Below, one piece after another: positions 13,695 through 26,791 of a stretch of 64,000 nt of DNA. The stretch is from the human T2T-CHM13v2.0 reference genome, Homo sapiens. A program made the translations under genes and the position numbers. The notes under the pieces were generated by a model. That model was not told where the DNA came from. It did not search any database and saw only the letters and a list, made by a program, of their open reading frames with translations. The stretch lies in NCBI RefSeq assembly GCF_009914755.1, contig NC_060926.1; one strand, written 5' to 3'. Position 1 is the stretch's first letter. Every line of letters starts with the position of its first letter.

Positions 13695-14711
13695 GGCACG
13701 GAAGTCTGGGTGACCTGACTTGCTGAGGACCACAGCCAGGTGTGTCAGAGCCCCAAGAAGCCCACGCTCCCGACACCTGACATTTGACTTCTCAAGTCAT
13801 GCTCGTCCTGTTGAGTTGCGTGCGTTGCTTTCCAAGCTCTTCTTGCCACGTGATCTCATTTAACTAATTTACGACTCTGGACTGCAGGCTGAATGATAGC
13901 TATTTGTTTCCCTCCCCCAGTTGCAAGCTAAGGAAAAGTAGGCTTCATTAATTCAAGTGCTTATCTCCCAACAACTGCTAAGCCTTGGACGGTGCTCCAG
14001 CCAGTTAGCTGTTTTGAGAAGGTGAAAGGGCCTCTAGTCCATATGGTCTAGATTCTTGTACAATTTCGTTTCAAACGCTAAGGCTGACAGATCTGCTAAG
14101 AGCAAATGGGGTGTTAGTTAATATCTAATTACTCTAACACGAGTCACAGCCCATTTAACTGAGTCAGACACCAGTCTTTGCTTTCACTGACAGACACATT
14201 TAGGACATCAATTTACATACTCTCTCTCCAACCACTTAGCCTAATCTGCCGTTGTAACATTCTCACAATGCAGTTAGTGTGAATCTACATGTCTTCCTTT
14301 CCAGTCAGGTTTATAAGTCTAAAGGCCCCCTCTTACTTATTCTCTAATATGCTAATGGGCCTTCAGATACCAATGAGGTAAAAATGAGAAAAGAATATTG
14401 CACCTGCTGCTTTATGATTTTCTAAAAACCGCAATGCGATGGTTGGAATCTAAAAGCCAATGCGAGTCCACCCTGGGCTGTGTTCTGGTTATCTCCTCAT
14501 GGTTGGTGAAGCCCCAGGTGGGAGGACCTGCAGGTGGGAGCCACAGATCTAGCTTGGCACCTCCTCCAACTCCAAGAAAACACGCTTGACACACTGCACC
14601 TCAGCTTCTTCAAATTCAAGTATGCGTGAGTTCATGACACCTTGCCTCTATTCACACGTATTTGGGATTCACCCCAATCCACTGAAATGAAATAGGGTCA
14701 GAATACTCGGG

Positions 14712-15022
<311 letters not shown>

Positions 15023-15490
15023 ACTCAGAGGATTATCATGTGTGTGAACATACCCCTTTCTTCAGGGTGGGAATAGCACCTGGAATTAAAGAACATGAGA
15101 AAGTGCTCTGAAATTCAACAGGATAGCTGAAAGACCTGCCATCAACAACAGTGTAGGGGATGAAGCAAAATTTAAAAGGTACGATTTTGTAAGAGTTATG
15201 TTCTTTGAATATGCTCAGGGTTAGAAATCCAAGAGTGCAGCCTTATTTAAGAGTATCTGGCTAAAAGGTAAAGTAGATAAGAAGTAATCAGAAGTCTCCC
15301 TGGTTGAATTCCTCAGTGCATGATTAATCTGATGGCAACCAATGTCAAGGAGCACCCTAAAATATGCATTGGGTAAATTCAGAAGCAGACACATTAAAAT
15401 TTGGTAAAACAATAGCAGAATTTAAGGGGTTGGCAACTCAAGTCCTCTGTAGGTGCTAGGAAAAGCAAGAAGGTACAGATTCTAGAACTC

Positions 15491-15550
15491 TTTATTTAGA
15501 CTAGGTATGGTGCGAGTGAAAACCATCACTCCATCAAGGCAATTTTTATT
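15491..15550 (-). terminator. Tandem distal polyadenylation signals (2x AATAAA)
   Basis: tttatt on the + strand at 15491-15496 and 15545-15550 in AU-rich context. Confidence 0.7.
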
Positions 15551-16304
15551 TTAAAAAATTACAGAAAGAACAAAGAACTAAAAGAATTTTAATAAAATGA
15601 GCAAGTTTACATTTGTACATTTTGTGTATCTGGGACCCAATCGGGACAAAGGATAAAGTTGCAAGGACAAAGGTTTCTGTGGGAGAGCAAGCAAAAAGCA
15701 AGGGCTGCCCCAGTTGCATCATGGGCATCCATTCAGAGCTGGGACCCCGCAGCCACCTGCCTGTGCTCCGGAAGTGAGAAGCACATGTAAGCACGCGTCA
15801 GTGAGAGCGTCGCAGTTGAACTCAGCCCAGTGCAACGCAGCCTGAGTGACATCCCTACATTAATACTTGATAGGGAACAGCAGATAAACAGTTCCAAAAA
15901 CCAAATGGTATTGCCCATAGAATATGAATGTAAACTGAGTTCAGTTCATGCTGTTTTAACCAGAATGGTTCCACTGAACCTAATGAGGGGAAAAAGGTCT
16001 GATGGATCTAATTGCTCTATTCGATGGCACAGTTACAAATCAGCAGGCCTGTGAGAAAGAACCATACATTTCTCTCAGAAATATGATTTGAGAAAAGGGC
16101 CTTGTAGGAGTGAGAGAAAGGTTAGAGAAAAGTACAGTTTTAACATATGAGACAATTCTTCATACTGTAATAGAATGCTGCTTGTGGTGAAGGATTTGGT
16201 AGAGACGGAAAACTGCTCAACTTTAATTCCCATTATTCTAAAGGATGACAAACATTTTAGAGTATTGATCAATGTTCAGTGAAAAAATAAAAATGACTAG
16301 TGTT

Positions 16305-16754
<450 letters not shown>

Positions 16755-18470
16755 CTACAACAGAGTCACCCACAGGTAAAACACATGACTGGGCTTTGAG
16801 CTCACACCAATTTACACAGCATACAGTTGTGCTACAAGGAGAATTTCTTCATCATTTATTCTTTAGTTAATTGAAACATAGTCAGGAAAAAATGGTGCCA
16901 ATTCCCCCCAAACAACACATGGATGTTTTTGCTTCTTGACCCACTTAGAGTCCCAAAAGGACAAAAAATACATGGACCAATATTAGTTCACGAAACATGT
17001 TTTAAAGAACAGAGAATGAGGTCTTCATCCCACCTCAGTAAGGCTTGGGCTGATGAAGAGAGGGTGTATTCAGGGTCCTCTCTTGTCATATGTACAAGCT
17101 GACGCTTGTTTCCCAAGCATGATAGTAGTGGGTAGACTGCCTTTATTGTTAGCCCCTAATAGAATCAGTCAGCACAATGAAGAAATTCCAAAGAGGGCAG
17201 TGAAGTGACAACAGCTTCAGCTCGTCATCGATGTTATACAGAAACACAAAAGGAATCCCCGGCCTGTGATGAAGGAGAGGCCGTTGCTGTGTGTTCAGGA
17301 CACCTCAGAGCAGGCACATAAAGTGCTGGAGGGTGACACAGCCTGTCTGGATGTCCTCGGGAGGGTGTGCCATCCAGGAGGCGACACCCCCATCCAGCAC
17401 ACGGGCCCTTCCACCCGCTGTCGGTCCTGCTAAAGGTACGAGGCTAAAACCGGCCTCTCCAGAAAAGAACGCTCAGTGTGTGCTGACCACACTTCCCTTT
17501 GAATTTCCCGAGTATTCAACAGGAGATACATTTTAACAAGAAAAAATACCCCTAACAAACAGGACAGATGACTCTCTCAACAAGAGAGCAACTACGAACA
17601 TGATACAAATTTAAATAAAAATGTTTAGTTCAACGTGTTCGTCATGGAGTTTCAAATCAGCAGATGCCATGACAGGAAAGGAGCACACAGCTGGGCCCTT
17701 GCCCGCCGTGGGTTTCCCGTGTCCGCGGCTTCTTCAAGGAGGGGAGAGCAGCTTCTCTCTTGGAGCGTTCTCAGTTTCTCAACAGATCTTCACTTGCTAG
17801 GCAGCCAGAAGCATTAGTTCACCCAAGAGTGAGTGCTTGGGTACACAAGGCAGAATCTTTTGGGAGCTGAGAGCCGGAGAGGAAGAAAGAAGGAACAAAG
17901 GTACTTCTCCAGGGTCAGCCGTTTCTGAGGGCAAAGGCAGAGCCCACGAGGTAACCCTGGGAAATGGGCCCATGAGTGAGCGGCGTGGATGGAGAACGTG
18001 TTTCTGCAGGAGGGCAAGGCTGACCCCCATGAGGCTCTGTGCCCTCGCCACTCACCCAGGCAAGAGAGGACTTTGTCGCCAGCCATGGTGAAGCCACGTT
18101 TCCAGTGCAAACATGAGTCTAAAGGTTGGAGTGTGGGGGTGGTGGGGGATCCCCCACCTGGGTCTGGACTGCATGAGGAAGACTCCCTTTTTTTTTTTTT
18201 CAAAGTAGACCTCTGTCTTGGATTACTATGTACCTGGACAGGTGAACTCTTGTATGTTTCTGTTTTGGGGATTTTTAGGGGTTTTCCATGTACATTCATA
18301 GAGCCTGGTCAGCAGCGAGGAGTCCTTGTTGCGTATGGACGGAAGGCTCCCTGGCACCCAGATGTCTCCCTTCGTCCTGGCTGACACAGAGCATGGTGGT
18401 CATCTGCTCTTCATGTCCAGCAGGCTCAGAAAGAACTCGGAGTTCCCCTCGCACCCTTGGGCCAAGCTTT

Positions 18471-18647
18471 TCAAGTCCGAGTGCCAGGACTGGATGAGCT
18501 GGGGTTTGTGTGTCTGCTGGCGGCACAGTGGGTGTGCACAAGACCACCATTTGGGTATCTAACAAACACAGGCTCACAAAAGGGATTTTGGCATATCTGA
18601 CAAAGCTTTTTGTCTGAGAGTTGGATTGAGCTTCCTTTCAACTTCAT
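18471..18647 (-). CDS. TGFBRAP1: TGFBRAP1 exon 12 coding part, 177 nt including TGA; Cys/His-rich Vps39-type C-terminus
   Basis: ttgcag|ATGAAG; MKLKGSSIQLSDKKLCQICQNPFCEPVFVRYPNGGLVHTHCAAS...GTRT*; stop at 18473-18471. Confidence 0.96.
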   Translation of the reverse strand: MKLKGSSIQLSDKKLCQICQNPFCEPVFVRYPNGGLVHTHCAASRHTNPSSSSPGTRT

Positions 18648-20359
18648 CTGCAAGAAGAAACCAAGACTGAGAATGCTGTCATGTGTTAAGTATATTTAAA
18701 GTGGCTACGTTCTAGTTTTGCAGAGTTGACATGCATTACTCCATGGGTTATTATTATGATGAGGATTTCTTTAATATCAACTTCTTGAAATGAAATGCTA
18801 AAGGTGTAAATAAAACCATCCTTAGTAACTGGACAAGGAAGAAAGTTACACAATTGCTTTTCTTATTTCACAAAAGTAATTGTTGCTTGTCTGGCTGAGG
18901 CATTTCTACTTAAGATCCTCTCTCCAACATTCTCTGGCTCTGATCATTTCAAGCAAGGCCTGTTAGAAAGTCATGAATGTTAATGCTGAATGAGACCATA
19001 TAATAGTGTAACTCCAGGGTTCTCTCATTTGCAAATAAGAAAAGTAAAGCACAAACAAATAAGGGATGTAGTCAAAGTTACACAGCTAACAAGTGGCATA
19101 TTCCTGGTTGGTCCTGGGAGACACCCTTCCGTTTCCTTAGAGGTAACTGGTGAAACTGAGTCTTAATGCCATCGGTCCCTGTCTGATCAACAGGACTTGA
19201 GTTCTGAAAGTTATAAAGTTTTTCTACACAATTCACTCGTGTCAACCGAGGCAGGTTGGTCTATTGGCAGGATCAAGCAGCAACTTAGCGATTCATCCTG
19301 CACTCCTTAGTTGCATCAGTCATTCCACAAACACGGATTAGATGCCTTCGACATGGCAGGCTTAGCCCTACAGACACTGAGATAAAGAAATGAAGTTCCC
19401 TGTCCTCAAAGAACCCAAACTCTAATAGTAGCGGGTAACAGCTGTGAATGCGAACACCAAGTAAAAGTGGGTGAAAGAGAAGGTGATTACTCTACTTAAG
19501 AGGTATGAGATGGCTTCACCAAGGGAAAAAAATAAAGGCTAAATTTTGACTGGGCATTTGCTGGGGACAAAGAAAAAGGTAAGAATATCTCAGGCAGTGG
19601 GTACAGCATTTACAAAAGCAACAAAGTATGAAATACCAAATCACATCTGGAAGGTTGTGCTAAAGCCAGGACATGAGCTGGGAAGCAGAGAGAGGTGGGG
19701 AGGGATATGCTGAAGGAGGTGGGACTGCATCTTCCAGGACAGGGAGCGTCAGCAAAGGCTTCTAAGTGGGAGGGGAACACGTCGGATACCCGCTCTGGAA
19801 AGAAGACTCTGCCAGCCATGTGGAATTTAGGCCCACAAGAAAGAAGTCTCCCGAAGGTGAGTACAGTGTGGGGACGAAGAATGTGGGGTTCTCAACTGGC
19901 CTGGGAGGCAGCTCTGGGCACGCCCATTTCCTGAGCATGCGACTGCTCTCTGCCTCAATTTCCTCTCCTGTGAAATGGAGATGCTGACAGTAAATACTGC
20001 ATAAAACTGTCATGATGACAAAATGCAAGCATGACGTAAAATGCCTAGGTCAGTGCCTGGCACACAGCACATGCTGGGTAAGCGCCTGATATTCTGATGC
20101 TGCTCTCCTCCCTACAGACTCTCTTAATCACCAGCGTCCAAAAGGGGAGAAAAACTACACCGATGTTACACCTACCAGCCCAGCCTCTGCCTCTGCTCAC
20201 ACAGACCTCAGTTTCTATGAGTAGGATCAGATATTGATGTGTTGTAGTCATAGAGACAGAAAAAAGAAAAACCAACAAAGACTATTTTTCCATCAGTAAA
20301 ATCTACCTTCAGTACAATGTTGACTGACCAGGAAGCAGCTCGTGGGGGCCAGCACTTAC

Positions 20360-20793
20360 CTTATCGTAGGTGTAGATTAAGTTTTCGGACCTGGCCAGGC
20401 CGAGAGCCACCTGCATGGTCCTCCTGGCATGGATGCTGTCCCTCATGGCCCCCATCAGGAATGGGCAGAGGAGCTGCACTGACCAGGTGTCAGGCAGCAT
20501 CTGCAGCACCTGGGCTGCATCAAATTCGGTGGCGTGGCGGTTCAGCAGGTCCACGGCAGCCACGGCCAGCTCGTGGGCAGTGGGGCCAGCACGCAGGTAG
20601 ATGGCCAGCAGCGTGTGAAAGAGTTGCTGGCGGTGGGGTGGGTCTCGGCCCTCGGAGCACCACAGGCAGTAGTCCTCGGCCGCTGCAAAGTCCTGCAGCT
20701 CGTGCACCAGGATATGCAGCGCCTTCTCATGCTCGCCCAGCTTCCCGTGCAGGATGGCGCTCTCCATGGGCAGGCCAGCTCCCTGCAGCCTCT
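20360..20793 (-). CDS. TGFBRAP1: TGFBRAP1 exon 11, 434 nt
   Basis: ttgcag|AGAGG ... GATAAG|gtaagt; ERLQGAGLPMESAILHGK...IYTYDK. Confidence 0.96.
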
Positions 20794-22807
20794 CTGCAAG
20801 ACAGAACCTGCAGCTCAGAAAGAAAGGGGCTCGCCGGCCACCCGCCCAGCGACTGGCCTCCTTGCTGCTCTGGGCTTCAGGAGGGGAAAAGTCAACCTGG
20901 CTCCCTCACAATGCCAAATGCTGCCACCCAGATGACTGAGGGTAGGTTTTCTTGCATTTTCACACTGTGAATCCAGGTGTTAGTAAAACAGAAGGCAGAC
21001 TCTACTCAAAAGTATAGCTGGACCACAGAATAATTCCTTTCTCTAGTGTTCAGAGGATGAAAAGAACAAATGAACCACAACTACAGAAAGGCCCAGTGGC
21101 TCAGTGAGTATCAGCCTTCCAGGTCTCCAGTCACTCCATCATCACTCCTATCCTCCCAGGACAGTATCTTTTGACTAAAATAGAAGGACACTATGTCCCC
21201 TAAAATCCTAACAAACACTACTTCCCCCCAAAAGATGTGCTGAACCCCTTTATTCCAATGTAAAGTAGATTTCATTGAATGGAATATGAGCTCATATTAT
21301 TCAAAATCCATCTCTACATTACTCAACAGAAGGTTGCCAATAATAGGATTTTTTTGTTTGTTTCACCTGCAATTAAGCTTCCAGGTCCTAAGGAAAATGA
21401 CATAACCCAAAGCGTCATTCCTGACCAAGGCCCCACCCTTAGTGGGCTGTGTCTCACGGGCAAAGTCACCTTGCTTCCTACCCCATCTGTAACCCCATCT
21501 GTAACTTCCCACCCAGCCCGTCTGGAACTGCACCAGCCCTTATCTGCATTGCAATTAAACTCTGAGTCTCTAAGGACCAGAAGTGAGGCTCATCTGTTTT
21601 TACATCCTCAAGAGATTATAAGATCTCTTCCTACTGTGAAGAAATATTATGAGGACAACCCCTAGTTTAGGGTCAAGACTAATAATCAAATTATAGGCAT
21701 TTGAATCTTGGCTGTCGCTTAGGCCTGAAGAACATGGCAGACATTGCTACCTGTGTAGCCAAGGGCTGGCCCTGCAAGGTACATCCGTTATAGCACTAGA
21801 CACAGAAGCCACAATACGCAACGCCTTCATCCTCACAGTGGAAGGCCAACAAATAATTACTAAGTGGCTGCCATAGTTAAGACCCTGGGTGAGGTACAAA
21901 GACAGTTAAGAAAAGATCACTGTGGTGATTTACACTTCCACATCTATCATCTCATTTATATTTGACTCCCACAGCCACCCCGAGTGGATAGGTTGGGCTG
22001 GAATCGTTTTTACAACTTCCCTAGACTGACATTTCCCCAAGTCATCTAACTAAGAAGGGATACAAAATCAGTGTTTGGATTTCCAGTGCTCCTCCCACAG
22101 TGCTGCGGGGGATACCCCCATTGCCTGAAAGCTCCCCTGTGCTACCTGCAAGCCCAGGCTTATACCTAATGACTGCTCATATAGGGCCTCTTCCGGGAGG
22201 CTGCCTCTGACCCCTCCACCCCAAGGCACAGCTCGTGGGTTCCTCGGCCCTTCTAGAACTGTACCTGCCCTTAACTGCATTCCAATTAAACTCTGAGTCT
22301 CTGAGGACCAGGACCAAGTCTCATCCATCTTTGTATCCTCAATGCACAGTGACACACTCTACATACTCAGAAAAGCTGGCGGAATGCAAACATTGAACCA
22401 CACACTTGTGGCTGGCCTGAGAGTTTTATAAGGAGATTTGTAAAGCAAAAAGAATAAGTCAGGAGTGAGTAAAAATTCAATAGCTGGGACACCCTGGCAC
22501 TGATCAGTCAGGGACGGTGGCTGTGAGTGAACAGAGATTGCACAGCGGATCGCCACAGAAAGTCCTAATGTAGGTGCAGGTACAAGCCAGAACTAGTGTT
22601 TGCTGGTTTCATGAAATACCAACCCACACCTGTGTTCTGGCTCTACTGCTCGTGGGCTGTGTGACCTGTGGCAAGCGGGGTAACCTCTCTGGGCTTCAGT
22701 GCACTCTTCTGTAAAAATGGAGGAAAAACAGGCCTCACTTCACAGGGTTGTTGTGGAAACTGTGTCATAAGGCAGCCTCAGCGTTTCAACCTATGCTGGG
22801 CATATCT

Positions 22808-23155
22808 AGTCAATCCTCATTATTTGTGGATTCTGTATTTACAAAGTCATCTACTCGCTGAAATTTATTTGTAACCTCCCAATCAACACTCGCAGCAGCT
22901 TCAAGGTCATTTACGACAAGCACAGAGCCTGATGCAGAGCTGAGGCCAAAGAAGGAGCGCCCTCCTTCCTTGCTTCAGCTGTCGTACTAGCTACACGTTT
23001 CCTTTTCACGGGCTATTTATTGCCATGCTTTTTTGCATTTTGGTGCTTCTTGTTGGTGATTTCAGTGTAGTGCTGAAGTGCTGCCTAGCGCTCCTAAGCT
23101 CTGGAAGGTTGTGATGTGCTTTATGGAGACAACACGTGTGTTAGATATGCTTTGT
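22808..23155 (+). mobile_element. MER82-like (TcMar-Tigger) DNA transposon fragment
   Basis: agtcaatcctcattatttgtggattctgtattt ... ctactcgctgaaatttatttgtaacc. Confidence 0.7.
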
Positions 23156-23677
23156 TATTGGTCAAAAAATGGTATTAAAGGCCATTAAAGAAAAACACAT
23201 CACTAACCCCAGTGAGTATAAATGCAGAAATTCTTAATGTGGCAAGAAACTAGTTAATTCTACCAGTTGCAAGCACCATGCTGCGCTGTGGAACTTTACA
23301 CAATACAGAAACTGTGGCCTCTGTACCCCTGAGGAACAGAAACCCAAATGCCCTCCAAGACACCTGCATAACCTTCTTGCTTAGAGCTCGAGGGACCTGA
23401 GCCTTGAGCAGCTCGGGAATGGGTCGCTGGGGGCAGTGCCTACTGCAAAGCCTTGATCAGAGACTGAAGTCGTCAGAGGGAACTATGACTCAGTGCTTTG
23501 ACATTGAATAAAGACACTGTGTGTCAAGAGACACACAGACGTCTAAAGTCTACCAGGGCAGCACCAACATCATCAATCAAAGGGCACCGTCCATCTAGAG
23601 GCACGGTCCATCTCTAGAGGCACGAGAAGCCTTATTTCTCCCTGCAAGGAGGCTGACTCTGTCAAAAGAGGCTCAAG

Positions 23678-23806
23678 GGCTGAGTGTGGTGGCTCACGCC
23701 TATAATCCCAGCACCTTAGGAGGCAGAAGCAGGAAGATCACTTGAGGCCATGAGTTTGAGACCAGCCTGGGTGACAAAGCGACACCCTGTCTTCATTTAA
23801 AAAAAT
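23678..23806 (+). mobile_element. FLAM / Alu left monomer
   Basis: Single Alu arm. Confidence 0.8.
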
Positions 23807-23942
23807 CTTTTTAAAAAAAGAGGCTCAAAGAATCACCCTGTGCAATCAACCAGCAGCTGTGCCAAAGCCCTTCTCTCTGCTTCCTCCCACCCGCTTGATA
23901 TGAGTTTTTTCCAAAGGGAGACAATACTGAGATCATCCTCAC

Positions 23943-24102
23943 CGAGAAGAAAGTGGACTCGGTATAAATCAGATTTCTGGAGCAGCCGCCGCAGCTTGGC
24001 CTGCGTCTCGGTGGCCTCTGCACCCTTGCCACTGGCGGAGGCCCTCTGCAGCAGCACCTCTTCCAGGTACAGCACAGCTAAGTGGGTGTGATACTCTTCT
24101 TT
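23943..24102 (-). CDS. TGFBRAP1: TGFBRAP1 exon 10, 160 nt
   Basis: ctgcag|AAAGAA ... CTCG|gtgagg; KEEYHTHLAVLY...YRVHFLL. Confidence 0.96.
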
Positions 24103-24631
24103 CTGCAGGAAACAGGGGGAGCCAAGCAGACAGACAGTGTTTTCAAGTGGGAAAGTCAAAGCTCTCCCCTGTCAGCCAGGGCTTGGAGACCGCGGCTGCA
24201 CTGACATGAGCTGGGCAGATGCTCACTTGCTGGATCGAAACCCTCTCAGAAACCATGATACTGAGATGAGTTTACCATCTATGGGGAATAGAACAAAATG
24301 TCACCTCTTATTTTGAGAAGTAAGGGCCACAGAATTTAGATAACCTACAAAAAGGTATAGCTCCCTTTATTTCCTTTAAGGATAATAACAAAGAAGGAAA
24401 AGAGAGGAAAAATAAAAGCTGAGTGGGTGTGAGACGGACGGAGAAAAAAATAAAGCTACCTATTGCTCCAGGTCTCTTTCCGCAAGCCTCAAGGCCGCCA
24501 TCAGACCATCAACAAGTACGGATGGATCACCCAGGGAACAGACATTACACAGAATCACATGCCAAAAAGTGTTCTAGTTCAATTCCGTCTCTCCAGCCCA
24601 CACTCTTTAGTCTAACTTCTGCAGTGCTCAC

Positions 24632-24778
24632 CTGCAGTCTCTTGTCTATCACAAGATGTTCCAGATACTTCACAAGGGCTTTAGGGTATTTTTTAAGGCA
24701 ATTGATAATGTCGTCTGGATTAAAACTGTTCTTCTGCTGTTCATCCAAAGGTCTCTTGGTGAAAACCTGAACTCCGAC
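24632..24778 (-). CDS. TGFBRAP1: TGFBRAP1 exon 9, 147 nt
   Basis: tttcag|GTCGGA ... CTGCAG|gtgagc; VGVQVFTKRP...IDKRLQ. Confidence 0.96.
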
Positions 24779-26647
24779 CTGAAAGAGGAGCGACAATACA
24801 GTGACTGTGCTTCCCAAACCCACCTTTCCTTTAACTTTATTTTGGTCATTGCACATTCAAGCTTTGGATAAAATCATCACTTAAAATATGATTAAATTAT
24901 TATGTATGCACAGCTTTTTGTATGTCAATCATATCTCAATACAGTGGCTTAAAAAATATAATTATGGAGAAAAACAGCCCAGCATGAAGCACTGTCAAAG
25001 GCCAGAGGGCAAAAAATCAAGATAGAAAAGCCAGCCTATACCCTGAAGTCCTCCTCACACACCCCATGCAAATTGGAAACTGAAGAACAAAGCATTTACT
25101 GGTGACAGATTTTGACAACCTATAATAATAACATTAAGATCATCCAAGAACAGGGATAGCCAGTTGCAGAACAGTATGTGAAAAGATATCAAAAGTGCTG
25201 AAATTTCTGTACAGTAAACTCACTTCTCTGAACATGGATTATCTACTCTGGGTTATTTATGATAGATGGTTAATCTGAGATCTGAGCTTCCAGTCCCTGA
25301 GTAAGTTTCCGGGCTGCCTTCCTGTGTCCATCAAGTGGAGGCACTGGTCCAATCCTCTGGTTCAAGGAAAGGACAGTGAGGCAGGCAGGAAAGCAGCTCT
25401 CCACTGCACCTCCCCTGAGCACTTACATGTGGGAGGTTCTATCATGTGCACGCACACACGCACCTCCCCCCTCCAAGGCCAATACATTCACGTATCATGT
25501 ATTATGGTATGAATTTTGGATTCTATAAGCCTGGATTTGTGTCCCAGCTCTACCAACTATAGCCTCAGTTTCCTCATCTGTAGCTAATGCCCACTGAGGG
25601 GTTGCTATGATGTTTAAGCGATGACCTTTGTCAGGGGATTGTCCACCGTGCAGTATCTGCTGTTATCATCCATAAGCATTGGGAGAAGCCTAAACCTTGC
25701 AACGGCACTGAGATCCATGTTGTAGGTGTGTGTGAGCAGGTCAGGATGTGCTCTGCAGGCGTGTGCACAGAGGCAAAGTAAAGATGGAGAAACAAGTATG
25801 CAAAGTGCAAGTGCCTGGCTCTGATTTTCCAGGGAAGCCAGCACCACGGAGGATATGAGAATATATTCCAACTCAGGTCTTAGAAAGGCAGATGCAGCAC
25901 TCAGAAACTCTCCATTCAGGACCAACGTCCTGCATCAGAAAGCTCATTTTGTCTCTCCAAGGGGAGCCATGGAAGCGTATACGTTTTTCACGATGAGAAC
26001 TGAAATGCTTGCTGTCTTCTTCCCAGTCACCTGTGGTCACCTGTGGGGCTTTACTAAGGATACTGTCCTGAGCCTGCTACCTTCCCTCTAGCCAACAGGT
26101 GCTTTTTCACTGCCAGCATTTCTCAGCCTCCAGGACAGGCTGAGTCTTGCTCATGGCTCCCCTCCCTCCTCCAGGCCCACAAGCTCCATGTTGGCAGTGG
26201 TGGGAGCAGGGATGAGGGCCCAGTGTGGCCCAGGTCTGGGTGCTTCCTCCTCCCAAAGATCAAGTCCTTCAGGGAAACCACCTAATCCTGCTCCAGAAAA
26301 CAGCAGTGTCAGACTTCTGAGGGGTCGAGGAGCGGGGTTCACAGACACAAGTTCTTAAGAAGATGCTAAAAATGCAAGCTGGCTATGTCTTGCTTTTCTA
26401 TACAAGTGACTTGCCCCAGCAAGGGGATTCTCAATGGAATGTCTCAGCAGCAAGATGCAGAACTGCCCTAGAGCTAGAATCCAGAGAGCTCAAGGGAAGG
26501 TATTAAAAGGGGAATAATAACAACAACAAAAAACAGAGGAGGAGGTTGAAATGTAGCTTTCTTTTCCCCTCCTAAAAGCAAAGCTTTTGGGGTCTGTTTT
26601 TACCACCTCCCCCAACCAAAGAGAATGCATTTTTACGAAGCACAAAC

Positions 26648-26791
26648 CTCTTCACTTTTCTGCAGGACCCAATCAGCATAGGCCCACACTAGTTCCTCGT
26701 CTAAGCAGTAGGTAAGAAAATCCACGATGTATTCATACAGGTCTGAGCGTGTGGAGTCCTGGACATCGCCATTCACAATGTTCACCCACAA
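26648..26791 (-). CDS. TGFBRAP1: TGFBRAP1 exon 8, 144 nt
   Basis: long U-rich tract then ttccag|TTGTGG ... GAG|gtttgt; LWVNIVNGDV...LQKSEE. Confidence 0.96.

Noticed and set aside
20317-20970. 217-aa ORF antisense to exon 11, and similar ORFs opposite exon 2
   Set aside because: Shadow frames of GC-rich coding exons with no independent gene signals
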